DNA of 64,000 bases. Source: Tilletiaria anomala UBC 951. Taxonomy: Eukaryota. Each line of letters begins with the position of its first letter. Positions within the stretch are counted from its first letter, which is position 1. Made by a program: the position numbers and the translations under genes. This document shows positions 48,180 through 61,222 of this stretch, one piece after another. Where the stretch lies: NCBI RefSeq assembly GCF_000711695.1, contig NW_013547017.1, forward strand, positions 124,001-188,000, in the 5' to 3' direction. The notes under the pieces are model-generated. The model saw nothing but the letters and a program-made list of their open reading frames with translations. It had not been told where the DNA came from and ran no database searches.

Positions 48180-50412
48180 ATGCAATACAAGATAGCATCA
48201 ACCCCAACTATGAAGCGCCCCCGTCTGACAGACAAAGGCACCGGCGCCGGATTCGGGCCCATGTACAACTTTATGCGCTTCACCGGGGAATGTTGCAATT
48301 GGGCCTTCTACCGCAACGTCGCCGTCGTCGGCGGCGAGGATATACCGCAGTCTGGAGCCGTCATCCTCGTCTCGACGCACTTTGCAACGCTGATGGACAC
48401 CAGCCTGCTAAGTGAACACATGCCGCACAGGAGAAAGCTGCATTACTGGGCAAAACGTGGGTTCAAGGATTCGAAAGTCATTTAACAGTTCCCCCAACGC
48501 CGCTCAATACTGAAACCCGTTTTGCCTGCGATTATAGGTGGGTTATACAGGCACCCGGTCGCCTCGTACATCTTGAACAACTCGGGCAACATCCAAGTCG
48601 ATCGCCATACAAAGGATAACCAGGCGCTTTTCCAAGGTACATTTGAAGCGCTGCAAGCAGGCGAATGCATCGCTCTCTTCCCCGAAGGCGGCTCCTTCAC
48701 CGAGCCTCACCTGCACTCGATGAAGGCAGGCGCAGCATGGGCCGCACTCGAATACTCCAAGAAACTCCAGCTGAGCCGCGAGAAGAACGCAGAGCACACT
48801 GATGTGACCATAATCACCGCCGGCATCAACTTCACGGACAAGTCGCGCTACCGGAGCAGCGCCTGCCTCGACTGGGGGCCAGTTTTTAGCGTGGACGAGT
48901 TCACGCCAGATTTCCTCAGCGCCGGATCGAGCAGCGAGCCGAGTGCAAAGGAGGCGGTCTGGAAGCTGACAGAGCACATTGGCGAACAGCTAAGGAAACT
49001 CTCGATCAACGCGCCGGAATGGGTCACTTGGCATGCGATGAAGGTCGCGCGCGAGCTCATTTGGGAAAGCGATGACGAGCTTCCGATGCGCAAATTGCGC
49101 ATTATCTCCAACGAGTGCGTCGGTCAGTTTGTGTCGAATGCCTTCTGGATATGCACGAGTTGCTGACACTTTTCTGGGGCCTTTTCTTTCCGCACCAGTC
49201 TCATCACGATCCTAGCACCACCACAGCACGTCTCGTCCTCTGCGACAGAGACGCCCGAAAGCAGCAGCCCGACGCTGATGAACTCGTCGTCAGCCGGCAC
49301 AATGCATGGTAACGCTGGTAGTGGCGGCGTTGAGAAGTTCACCGATGCCTTCTCCTCGCGCAACCCTGCCTGCGCACTGGAGGAGACGCAGCACGCGCGT
49401 GACTTGCTCTCCGAGCTCTCCGCCGTCTCGGTCGGCTGCTCAACGGACATGTTTACGCTGAACAAACTTGCCAACGACCTGACGCGACGCGGCCATGCTG
49501 CCGACGGCAGCCTGCCGCCCGCGTGGCTCGCTGCAAAAATCGTCGTCAGCCATACGATGGGCTTGCTGCTCCGCGCGCCCTACCTCGCGCCCATCTTTGC
49601 ACTGCACGCCGTACCCTATATCATCGCTAATTATTGCAGCATAAAGTATGCCAGTCACGAGGAGGAGAGCATGGCAAGCGCAAAGTCACTAGTGTGGGTT
49701 CTAGCTGTGGAAGCAATCAGGATATTCGATTCATATAGAGGGAAAGGCTGACAAACACATGCTCCTCTGTGCTTGAGACAGTGGCTACGGCTTCACCAGC
49801 ATCATGTACGGCCTCTACATTCTCTTCTTCTGGCTGCTATTCCTGTTCAACCCCGTCGGCTTGCTCGTCGGCTTTATCTTCGTCTACTCACTCATGCACC
49901 TGCACCACGCCGTCATTGACGACACGTATGACCGCGTCAAACTGCTGCTCGCGTCTGTGCGCCTGCTTACCGCTTCGCTCGGCGGGGAGAGCTGGCAGCT
50001 GGACATGGGCGACCCGCGCGTGCGCCATGCGATCGACACCGTCCGCGCCGGTGCGCCGATACAGGACACGATCAACCTGCGCAAGCAGCGCGGCAAGAAG
50101 GGCAAGAAGGAGCGCCCCTGGCGTGCGCGCCTGCTCGGCGTCGCGCTCAAGATGCGCCAGGACACGCGCAGTGCACTCAAGGACGCTCTCGACGCCGTTG
50201 AGCGCCATGGCTCTCCCGAGCAGAGGGATGCACTGGCGCGCCTCAAGAAGTGTGCCGGCCATGAGCGCCTCGAGCTCCAGGACGCTGGGCGCCAAACGCA
50301 GACGCAGCGCATTCGCCAGCGTCTCTCCAAGCTATCCCGTTGGCGGTCGGCAAATGGTGTCCCGCGGTATCGCAACCGCAACAGGAAATCTATCAAGGAG
50401 AATGAGGATTGA
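48180..50412 (+). CDS. Glycerol-3-phosphate O-acyltransferase (Sct1/Gpt2-like, PlsC fold)
   Basis: GGEDIPQSGAVILVSTHFATLMD (HX5D), HYWAK, GNIQVDR, ALFPEGGS, AAWAALEY, DKSRYRS, HEEESMASAKS; three introns. Confidence 0.85.
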
Positions 50413-50583
50413 GAGAAAGTCTGATCCATTTGGAGCGAGAACTGCGCACTGTTCGACCACCTTATAGCTGTATATTTTCTTTCTCCACCCGCCTATCAGT
50501 TTCATGTTCCTGTATCTTACACAAACGTTTATTTGGCAGTGTGACGATGGATGCGCTTATCGCACCGAGCTTGACATCTTTCG

Positions 50584-52435
50584 TCACCCCCGGACTTGCA
50601 GTGATGCCACAACGCCCCCTACGACGGCTTCACTTGCCAGGCACGGCGGAGTGGGGACCGCGGTCTTGACCGCGTTCATGCGCAACCTCCAAGGCGCCAA
50701 CGAAGACGCGTGCGGATGCCTCGGGTACGGCTTGCTGTCCGCTGCTGCGGCGTTAGAACCACCAGCGATGGAGGTCGGCAGGCCTTGCTTGTGAAGCACC
50801 AGAACGAGTCGCTCAGAGAGCACGCGCACAGCTGAGACTTCCGACGGGCTAGCAGAAATTGGGCCCGATGGCTGCGCGCATACGATGGGATCCAGCTCTG
50901 CGTCGGTCAAAAGCAGCTTTTCCAGCCACGCAGGCTCTCTTTCTTCGTCGAATGATACCCCTGCCCCTGCTACGGCTCCTTCGCTAGAGACGTACCAAGG
51001 CAGCGTCAGGCTGTGATAGCTTGATTTCAACCTGGTCCATGTCCGAGTCTGCAGCTGAATCAACACCTTGCGCAGCAGGAAGTAATGCCACGGCGTGAGC
51101 TCTGGATCAACACCGCTCTTCATCTGAGATTGAATGATGAGACGGCGGAACGAGAGGACGTCGCCCGTGCGTAGGTGAGTCGAAATGAGTTTAACACGAT
51201 GGAGCAAGCTGGCAGCCATATCGTTGCGAGGGCTGCTTCTTCTGCCTTTCTGCGCTCTTGCCAAGCTCTCCAACCGTAAAGACAGTAACATAAAATCGGA
51301 TGCGCGTTCTTTGCCTTTGGCCGACGGAATGCACAAGTCGACAGTGCGTGAGAGCAGGTATAGGCTTGCAAAGAAGTCGAACAGATTGTCTTCTGGCAAG
51401 CCAGCGTCGTCGGTCAGGTTCGAGACGTCACACCACAATCTCTGGCTTGCTGTATGTGTCAACTGAGCCGCTTCTAAAATGAGCAGCTCTTCCACCAATC
51501 GTGGCATGGCAGTCGCAAATTGTCCAGCATTATCGCACAGCAGCGAAAGAAGCACCGAAAGCATGTAGACTGAAGATTTGCACAGAATATCTTATCAGTG
51601 CAAGTGAACTTTGCAAACGCGCAATATGACTGACGCACTTTCGAGTGTAAGCGAGTCGACCCTATGCGTGGCCATCAGGGCTTCCCGCAACTTTCGTACG
51701 AGGAGGGCTACCTCTTCCAGAGACTGTTGGCAATGCGGATTCACAGAAGAGACGTATGAAAGGCGCTGACCGTGAGGCAGAAGACCGTGCTTCTGCCGAT
51801 GGGCCTTGATCCGGTCAGAGATGTACTGACGAAATTCGTTTTGTGTATCTGCGTTCATCAGCGATGATCTGCGAGAGAGGCAACTTTGTCAGGGCTCATT
51901 TCCGTTGCCATCGCCCGACACATCTGTCTCACACTTTGCTTTGACCGTCCAGGAATATCGATGCACTCGCGTCGTCTAAGCCTCTGCTGGGGCTCGCGAG
52001 AAGAGCCATTTGATCTATTAGACCGCCCAGGGGCTGGCCGGATTCACGCCTGCGCATGCCACCCAGTGATCTGGACGCTTCGCCCGCGTGGAAGTTCTTG
52101 GACCGACTCATAGAGCCTGTGATGTTATGGGAAGCACCATTGAACTGAATAGGGCAAGGGTGCTGTGGGGAATCCTGATTACGTTCCCGGCCTGCCTGGC
52201 TGTTGTCCATCGCGAGAGAGTCTGAAGTCAGAGGACCACGGCCATCTTGATTGCGTAGGGTATTCCATCGACTTGATTCGGATCCTCTGTCTGCTTCGAG
52301 CAAATTTACTCCCGTTGCCGGCCTTGGCGCCCATCTTGATGCGCTTGTCGAGCTAGCCTGAGATGCTTTCTGGTCTTCGACTCGACGACTGCGCCATACC
52401 TGCTGTTCCCTTATCCGGGGTCCGTTCGAAGTCAT
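50584..52435 (-). CDS. Conserved fungal protein, probable PCI (SAC3/THP3/CSN-like) helical domain
   Basis: LMNADTQNEFRQYI...LLVRKLREALMATHRVDSLTLE|IYMLSVLLSL...MPRL, and RTWTRLKSSYHSL resemble PCI-type subunits. Introns 51932-51869 and ~51638-51570. Confidence 0.55.
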
Positions 52436-53162
52436 CCCAGCTGCGCTACGGCGTGTGGTGCTGATGTCGCCTCGGTGCCTTGGTTGCCACAAACCTCTCA
52501 CTTTCTAGTGTGCAAGTCTTCTAAGGTCTTCGATTACGCTCGGGCTGCGTTAGGCGGCGTTGCGCCTGATGACCTGAGTATTCAAAGAGTATACACCGTT
52601 CAACACGCTCAATCAACCATAAAGTGAGGCACCATGGTGACCTTGGTCAGAATCCGGGGAGGCTCTGCGGGTTTGCCGAGTGTGCATTAAATCGCCGACG
52701 CGATTTCAAGTGTTGCGACCGTCGGCGGTCATGAGTAGACCGATTCCCAGTGATGCAGAGGCACTCTACGAAGGCAGGGAGGGATAATGGCTAGATTCAT
52801 ACCAGTCTGAGGAGCGTAAATGTGCATATACCACAGTCGAGCATGAGTGATGACTGGGAGAGGGAGACGCCGGTGGATGCGCCGATGGTTTGGGGGGCCC
52901 CATGCCACCGCAGGGCTGAATGCATCGTCACCTGTACCATTCCGTTTTCACAACATCAAGTGGCCACGATGTTCGCGATACGTGACGCTTCATGATGGCT
53001 TCTTGCATCATGCTCCATCTGACGGCGTAGAAGCTGATCTGAGGATAACGCTTTTACGCTCCCGCTGGCAGGTTTGAGAACTGACTTCGTATCAGCGAGG
53101 ACTCGGCTAGGCGCAAAACGCCTTGAAGCTTGAGAACCAATCCCAACGGTATCGGCCTCGAA

Positions 53163-54890
53163 ATGTCGAAGCTGTCTCGCTCCTTCGGCCGTCCGAGCTA
53201 CCCAACTCTGCCGGTCGATCTTCGCCGCAACAAGATTGACAACCCAGCTGCACTGCCTCCACTGGCAGATCTAGCCCTCATCGATGTGAAAGATGACTCA
53301 ATATTAACGAGTATCAGCCCGCCAGTCAAGCGCATCTACCTTGAAGAAGATGTACAAATCTGGCAGCGTTCACATGCTCATCACCAACTCCTGCTCTTCC
53401 TTGCTCAAGTTGCTCAGGCATGCATTGGAAAAGCGACAGTATGCCCGCAGAAGCATGACACTCAGAGCCCAAGTGCGGCAGTACTGTCTTTGATCGAGCT
53501 ACTCGAGCGCGTAGACGCTTTGACGCAAGAGATCAAGCCTCTGGATACACCGCAACGGTTCGGCAACCTTGCCTTCAGGACCTGGGGTCAAAGATTGGAA
53601 GAGGCGAGTGGCAGATGCTGAGAAGGATGAATTCTTCTGCCGAATCTAACGTTTCACGCCTTTCAGGAAGCTGAAGGCCTGCATAAACAACTCCTGCCGT
53701 CAGAGCTACATGCGTTTATACCAGAATTAGCGGCATACTTTCTTGGCGCCTTTGGCTCTTTTGTGCGACTTGACTATGGCTCCGGCCACGAGCTCTCATT
53801 TGCCGCATGGCTGTGCTTTTTACGACGTCTCGGTTTCCTTCATGAAGGCGATGAAGAGGCTATCGGCCTAAGAATCATTCCGCGCTACCTCCAGGTCGTG
53901 TGGAACTTGCAGGACGCCTACAAGTTGGAACCTGCGGGGAGCCACGGAGTGTGGGGGCTGGATGACTACCAATTCGTTCCCTACATTGTGGGTGCGGCTC
54001 AACTAGCTGCCCAAGACGAGTATCGCCCGTCCCAAATCTCTTCGGTTTCGCATCGCGCTGTAAGTCAAACACAGAAGCATGTCCCCCCGCAGGACCTTCT
54101 GGCCTTTGTCCCAAACGTAGGTCCAGCCAGCATGACCCGCAATAGCGCGCCACTACGATCTGTCGACGGCCCCTCTAGCAGCTCTCCGCAGCCGACATCG
54201 CGTGTCACGCCAGAATCTCCGCCACCATTTGCGAATCTCTTCACCAGTTCCATTGCGCGTATCCACTTACTCAAGAAAGGTCCTTTTGCGGAACATTCGC
54301 CGCTCCTGAACGACCTGTCTGGTTCTGTGCCAAATTGGGTCAAGATGCACAATGGCATGCTCAAGATGTATGACGCAGAGTGCTTGGGCAAAAGGCCAGT
54401 CGTGCAACACTTCTTGTTCGGGCCAACTTGCTTCAAATGGGAAGGGCCGGTTCGTCAACCTTCCACTTCAAACATGGAACAAACCCCACGGCCGAATGGC
54501 TGCAACGACGCTCCAGCAGATGCACCCAACATCCAGGTGTTTAGTCTGACGGGTGCACCCTGGGCTGCACAACCTCCACGTATGGGCATTGGCAGCGCCC
54601 CACGGCTCCCACCGCTCACCATCGCACATATAGGGGGCGGGAGCTCCGCGGCGGTGCCGCCTCCAAGTGTACTTTGGGCAGCGTCGTCGGCTCCGCATGC
54701 AAGAACGGGAGTTCCGATAGTCTCCCCGGTTGCAGCACCCTGGACTGCTGCTTCCTCACGAGTTCGTCCAGTGGAACGGAATCCTACGACGCTTGGCGGT
54801 ACCAGCTCTGCAGCCATCGCAACCTCTCCATTCAGCGCGCTGCCGCCTGCAACTCCTTCCCAACCACGTGCAAAACCAGGCAATGGATAA
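53163..54890 (+). CDS. RRD1: Serine/threonine protein phosphatase 2A activator (PTPA, Rrd1-like)
   Basis: PVKRI, PQRFGNLAFRTW, GAFGSFVRLDYGSGHELSF, YKLEPAGSHGVWGLDDYQF, KKGPFAEHSPLL, GMLKMYDAECLGKRPVVQHF; APW repeats in the tail; intron 53604-53666. Confidence 0.92.
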
Positions 54891-54937
54891 GGCGGCATCT
54901 AGCAATGCAGTATTGCGATTTCATGAGTGTGTGCGCT

Positions 54938-57471
54938 CTAGTACAGCGGCTTCATGGTGTACATCGAAGTGAGAGCCGGAGTGTCAACGTCCTCAGTGAG
55001 CTGGGGCATCTTGTACATGTTGGTCGCCTTGCTCGCATCTTGCCCGATATCAAAAGCGCTGTCAGTGCCTGATTTGGTGCGGCAAGCAGTAGTGAGCGCT
55101 TGCGTGGCAACCTGCGGGTCTTTGGCCTTTTGCGCGCTCTTGGCCGCCTGTTTCTTGGCCTTTTGGTCCTCAGTCTTCTCGATGCCTGCGTGCTTGCTCG
55201 CCACGCCGGCCGCTTTGCCATCGGGAACCTTGATGAACTCGCGGCGCCCGTCTTTGCCCTGCGCTTTGTCGAGAATATAGTAGCCTTTGCGCTCGAATTG
55301 GAGCATTGCGCCTTCAGCAAGTTCGCTGACGTCAAACGCTGCAACAGCATCGTAGCGGAATTCCGTCTCAGGTGTGAGGTAGTCTTCAAAGTGGTCTTCC
55401 TCCTCGAGCTTCTTCTTGGTGATAAGATAGTCGAATTCCAAAAGGGCGACATCGACCAGCGGCCGAGTGGCCGTCTTGGCGAGCCAGGTGACCTTCTTGT
55501 CCGTTTTGCTGAAATCCCCCTCGAAGTGCGCGTCGAGCTCGAGCGATTCAACCGTCTTGCCATCCGCAGCGAGCCTCTTGGACTTGACAAAGACGTTACC
55601 CCAGTCCATCAGGGTGATCTCCTCCCCTTCCGCGAAGCTCTGCGCGTCGACTTGCTCAATGTACACTGGTGAGTCGTACGTCGTGGTCTTCGTGCCAAGC
55701 TCGATATTCTTCTTGTGCTTGGCAACGGCCTTCTCGTGTGATGGAGGTGCGCCATTAATGTGGCATGTGACCATGTCGTTTATTTCGATCGCAGTGAAAC
55801 GTGGAACAACCGGATCAATGATCTTTTTGTTGAGAGCCCAGATCGTGTCCCATTCCATGTTGACGACCTGCTGCGCTGGGCCCGTGGCGAGAATGAACTG
55901 CTGGATGCAGTCGATCGTCATACCACGCCTCCTGATACCTCGAATTGTCGGGAAACGAGGGTCGTCCCAGCCGTGCACATGACCGCGGTCGACAAACCAC
56001 TGCAGCTTCCGCTTCGACAGCAGCGTGTAGATAAAGTTGAGCCGAGCAAAGTCCCAAATTTGAGGCTTGCGCAGATTGAGCTTCTCGATGAACCAGTAGT
56101 ATTGCGGGTTTCGGTCGCGGTATTCGTTCGTACGCAGTGCATGTGTGACGCCTTCAAGGGAGTCGACAACTGGCGCTGCAAAGTCGTACGTCGGGTAGAC
56201 TTTCCACTTCGCACTGCAGGAAAATATGGCCAAATTTCGGTCCGTCAGTCTCAAAAAAATGAGAAAATTGGACTTGTTAAAGCTGCTCACCCAGTGCGGT
56301 GGTGTGGAACATCAATGTTGCACCTGTAGATAACAGGGTCGCGCATGGCTTTGTTCGGGTTGTCGACGCTCATCTTTGCCCTCAGGCACCACTTGCGACC
56401 CTCTTCGGTTCCCTTTGTCATTTCTGCAAAACGTTCCATCGTCTCCTCAACTGTGGAGTCCCTTCGCTTAGAAGCAATGCCGTCCATGCGCTCGGCACGC
56501 ATCTGCTCCTGCAACGTGTCGTCCGCGTAGGCGTCCCCTTGCTGGATGAGCAAATTGACTTGACGGTAGAGCTCGTCGAAAAAGTCGGATGTGTGAGAGC
56601 GGATATCTGGCTGGATTCCCATCAAAGCGAGATCTTCGACAATAGAGTCTTCGAACTCCATCTTTTCCTTGCTCGGGTTGGTGTCGTCAAAGCGGACAAT
56701 CAGCTTTCCCTTGTACTTTTGAGCAAAGTATTGATTTAAAATGGCCGCTTTGGCGTGCCCAACATGCAGGTATCCTGATGGCTCCGGAGGGAAACGAGTG
56801 ACGACGGAACCTTCCTTGGGATTATCGCCAAGGAAAAGATCAAAAGAGGAGGCAGCCTTCTTGTTGCGGTCCTTGTTGCTCTTCGCAGATGTGATGGCTG
56901 CCAACGCATCGCTGAAGGCGGGCACCTGCTCAAGGTACTTGTACCATCGTGCAAGATGCTTGTGGGTGCCCCTTCGGACGAGACCCATACCTGCGCTGCT
57001 GGATCGCAAAGCCGAATAGATGGCAGCATCGCCAGCGGTGATGCTGTGTCCGACAAAGAAGGTCCGAAGTGCAAGGTGCTGGTCAACCTCATCCGCGATG
57101 GACGAGAGCGTTGCAAAATCTGCTGTGAGGAGCTTGTCTCCCTGTGCAAAGTACTGATCAATCTCCTTGCTCTGGGCCTGCGATGAGCCGTACATGCCAG
57201 TTGCAGCGAAGGCCGAGGCGAGCTTCTGCGCAACCTGTGTTGCGCCCGTCACGGTAGATCCATCGGGAAGCACCAGCACAGGCTCTGCGCCTAACTCACC
57301 CTCGACAACGTTAACTTGATTTGCCGAGGTGGAGGACGATGCCGAGTGGTTTAGGATGAGGTTGGACACGACCAATGGCAGGAATGGTGGTCTGTCCTTG
57401 GAGAGGAAGTCGACGGCGAGGGTCAAAGGGCCGATGCCCGGCTGGTCGGCGTTGGCCTGAACGGAGGCCAT
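54938..57471 (-). CDS. GUS1: Cytoplasmic glutamyl-tRNA synthetase
   Basis: GST-like N-terminal domain, VTRFPPEPSGYLHVGHAKAA, RFDDTNPSKE, MRDPVIYRC, YPTYDFA, LLSKRKLQWFV, WDDPRFPTIRG, QFERKGYY, PDGK; intron ~56290-56216. Confidence 0.97.
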
Positions 57472-57939
57472 GATCACTTTTTGCTTAACTGCACTCGCGT
57501 TTACGATGACAGTCGGATACGGAGATCTTCGGTAGGCCACATATACCTCGCAGATACTCCATCGATGTCCAAAAGGTAGCAGGAAGGAGAGAAGCAAGGC
57601 GAGCCCTGCTGGCAGGTGAGGAAGAGAGAACTGAATCAGAGTCAGAAGTAGAATCCGGAAGTGGACAGGTCGGAACCAATGTGAAGATTAGGGTTACTGG
57701 CATCCCTCAATCAGAATGGTGAATGTAAATAACCAACAGCCAGACGCCAATTGGGGCGCGACGCGACATGAAAGCTTGTAGAGGTGTTGGTCTCTATGGG
57801 GCGTTTGGTGGCAACCCACATAACAATCACAGCGAGGTTAGCTGTCAGCCTGTCATATTTGAGGTACAAGTACAGATATGACTGGGCACTTGGGTTGTCG
57901 GTAGGTGCAGCACGGCATGATCCATGAAGGGTGGCTCTG

Positions 57940-60900
57940 ATGAGCCTTGCCCTATGCGAGAAGAAAGCAGAAGTAGTTGCATCAAGCATGCTGCCCACCT
58001 CAGCCATTCCCAAGCCAGGGTCAGTCGACGGTCCCAACATCGCCTGTGTTCTTCTTCTCGAGCACTTCTGCCATCATGTCAACTATTCGTCATGGCGTCG
58101 GACGATGATTCAAGCTGCGCAAAAGGAGTACCAGGAGCAGGACGTTCGTCGACATGGTCCCGACGAGGGTGTCGAAACGGTGAAAGAAAGCTCCGGAGAA
58201 GAACAACACAAGCTGCACATCAATAGCCACCTTGTCAGTAGAACATACGCCTCTTTACTCATCTACATTGTTCGTTTGTACTGCCAAATCGACCCTCCAG
58301 CCCCCACCTGGAACCATTTCCTCTGCTCGCTCCGAGCCTACCTGCTATCGGATGCATGCTATCACATTCGGCAGCACTTCTCTTTTACCTCCCCTCCGCA
58401 CTCTCAGCTCGGTGGCTCAAACACAGAAAGCCATGCTAGCAGGCATCTCGCACGCATAGAATTGCTCGCCGACGCCCTAGTCAGCAATCTTGTCAGCTAT
58501 GAGCTCGAGGCAATGATGGGTAGGATTCAAACCACTTCCGACCTGGCACGCATCTTTGCCAACATCGTCGATGGGGATTCCAAGGCGCACTCGCCTTCCT
58601 CGCTTTCCTCGCCTTCTTCTTCCGAACAGCAAACCACCGGGTGGCTGACAAACAGCATGAATAATAGCGACTTGACAGTCTCGCAGGGTGCATTGCATCG
58701 TCGCAGCTTCCTCGGTGTTCAAGTGAGGCGCATCCGCTTGCGCTGGATCAGGCTCGACTTTACCGAGCAGGCGACCGTCCTTCAGAATTTCGTCGCCTGG
58801 CGTCAAGCACCGTCGACATCGAATACCATTTGCAACAGCAGTACCATGGCTGCAGCATATCTGTCAGAGAAGCTCAAGGAGATGGATGCCCGAGGCCAGT
58901 ACGGTAGAGGCGAAATCGTCCTCGAAGATAGGGTGGATGCGTACGACAATTATGTCCGATCACTATGGCGAGGCGACTGGTCGGCAGCAAGGCACAATCT
59001 CAGTCGCTACTTTGATCACGCACCGCAGCATGCTGAACAGTAAGTGTGAAATTTTCGTCACTGGTGCAGCATCGGAAGGAAGCCGCAATGCTCATCTATG
59101 CTGTGCTCATTGGTTTTGCAGTGAGCTGCACCATCACGCCTTGATCAACCTCGCTGCCTTTCACATGCAATCGAATAATCTTCAAGCAGCCGAAAGCAGC
59201 GTGGAAGAAGCAATACGGCTCGGGCGCCACGTCCATGACACATATGCGATTGACCTCTGCGCAGCCCTGCTCGATCGATTGCAAGCACTCAAGCCGATCG
59301 ACGAACCGCCCATTCTCGACCCCAAGCTGATCGTCGATGCCGGCAGCGGAAAATTTGAGCCACAACGGCAGATCTTGCCATTCAGTCTTGAGACGCTCTG
59401 GCATGCTCGACACAGCGTTGAGACCGGACGTTCGAGCCTGCCCGAAGCCCTGAACAGTATGCACGAGCTGACGTGGGACTTTGACCCGGACTTCCCGGCC
59501 TCGTTCCTGGGTGGCACACTCGGCTTCGGCGGAAATAAAACGCCGATGGCGAAGACGCTGCGCAAGCAAAAGCAGAAGAAGCGGCTCAAGGAGCTGCAAG
59601 CGAATGCGGCGCAGCAAGGCCCCATGGGAGGTATGACGGCCGCCACCGCGCTTGCCGCTGCCGCAAGGGAGGCGCAACTGCGGAAACTGGGGCGGAAAGA
59701 GCCGCGCGCCAGTTCTGGCAAAGAAGCAGTTCGTTACGATGCGCTGCGTGGGGCTGTCTGGTGCGACATGGGATTCGGGCAAGTGGCCGAGGTGCTTTGG
59801 GATGAGGCCCTGCATCAAATCGGCTCGAGTGGCTTTTCACATCACACATGTGCCAACGAAGTTAGGCTGGAGGCTCTCGGTGGAAAAGCCTTTCGCCTTG
59901 CCGAAGCCGGACATTACGATGATGCACTTGCACTACTGCTCGACTGGGACTTTCTGTGCGGCCTATCGCTGCTTGAGTACCAAGACTGGCAGAAACGCAT
60001 CTGGAGGGTGCTGTGGCTCCGAGCTAGGAGGCAAGGCAAGGTCGCGACAATGAAGAGGCTCAAGGAGTCGAGGTACGAAGTGGAATTGGAGGTCGATGGA
60101 TTAAATCCGGCGGACGACCGAGCGGCACTAGATCCACTCTTAGGCACTAAACTCGATGGCGCTAGTCCCGAAGCGCCTGCTCTCAATCCTGAAAGCGACA
60201 ATGCAACACTCTCTCGAGGTGCCAACGAGGCAGACGCTGTCGTGCGGATGCATGAGAGCGCGAAGGAACGGACTCTGCGAGTCCTAAGGCAAGGAAAACA
60301 TGCATCTGTGCGTATCCAACGCATGTCCGTCGTACATCCCTACTGCACGAGACTCTGATTGACTTTCGGGCGTACAGGATCTCGGAGACGTCTCGCTGGC
60401 TCTGATGCCATTGATGGAATCCATCAGTCTCGCCAATCGCTTCAAATTCGCGCCTTTGCAGCGCGCAGCGACAGTTCATGTCGCAGAGCTGATGGCCGTG
60501 CAGCTAAACCTGCCCAAACGCGCACAGCATACACTTTCGGAGGTATTCGATGAAGTGAGTCATGCAAGGATGTGCAAGCGCGAAGGCGATGGCTGGCTAA
60601 ACCGAATCTGACGAATAATGCTTTCGGACGCAGTGCCTCGTAGAGGACAACTTTGAACGGAGAGCAGATGCACAAAAGGTCAAAGCTGTGGTTTTGCTGG
60701 CAAACTCTTCGCACGAACGTGAGCCATTTAGGGTGTAGAGAAAATACAATTGATGCCACGGTGCTAACGACACAAGAGCTTTGCATTTTAGCTGGCGAAT
60801 GCAAGGAGGCGATCGGATGGCTCGAACGGGCTTGCGCAGGTGAGCATGTGAACGCAAGACTCTTGAAAGCGTTCTCAAACACAACCTGAACTCATTCACG

Positions 60901-61139
60901 ATGCTGCAGACTACGAGCGTGTTGGTGCAAATGCTTCGCGCCTATCGTGCGTGGGCCTGATAGTCTACCTCTACCACCATCTGCAAGATCAGGACGAACG
61001 ACAACGGTGGTTGACCACGTACATGGCTCTGGAAGCACAGCTGGCTCAAGCGCAGAACAGTTTGGAAGTTGACCCACTCGTCCTTAGAGTGGAAGGGATT
61101 GTCAAGCAGCTAGGGCACCGCTTTAGTCTAATTGAATGA
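57940..61139 (+). CDS. APC5: Anaphase-promoting complex subunit 5
   Basis: RRSFLGVQVRR; APC5 block YDNYVRSLWRGDWSAARHNLSRYFDH...HHALINLAAFH...VEEAIRLGRHVHD across intron 59040-59121; TPR-like C-terminal exons; about 5 introns. Confidence 0.85.
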
Positions 61140-61222
61140 TCCTTGGTGTTACAACAATGGGGAGAAAGATTGTTGGAGTCCGCAAGCGCACATACCCGTA
61201 ACGCTACAGAATGTTCAAGAAT

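Noticed and set aside
52560..52815. Possible C/D snoRNA or structured RNA (TGATGA, CTGA, 8-bp inverted repeat 52693-52727)
   Set aside because: Box spacing and terminal stem are unconvincing, with no recognisable rRNA guide; likely ordinary divergent promoter sequence.
11951..61139. Apparent clustering of cell-cycle genes (kinesin-6, APSES, SPC105, WHI3, PTPA, APC5)
   Set aside because: They are interspersed with unrelated genes over 50 kb; no statistical support is available without the whole genome.
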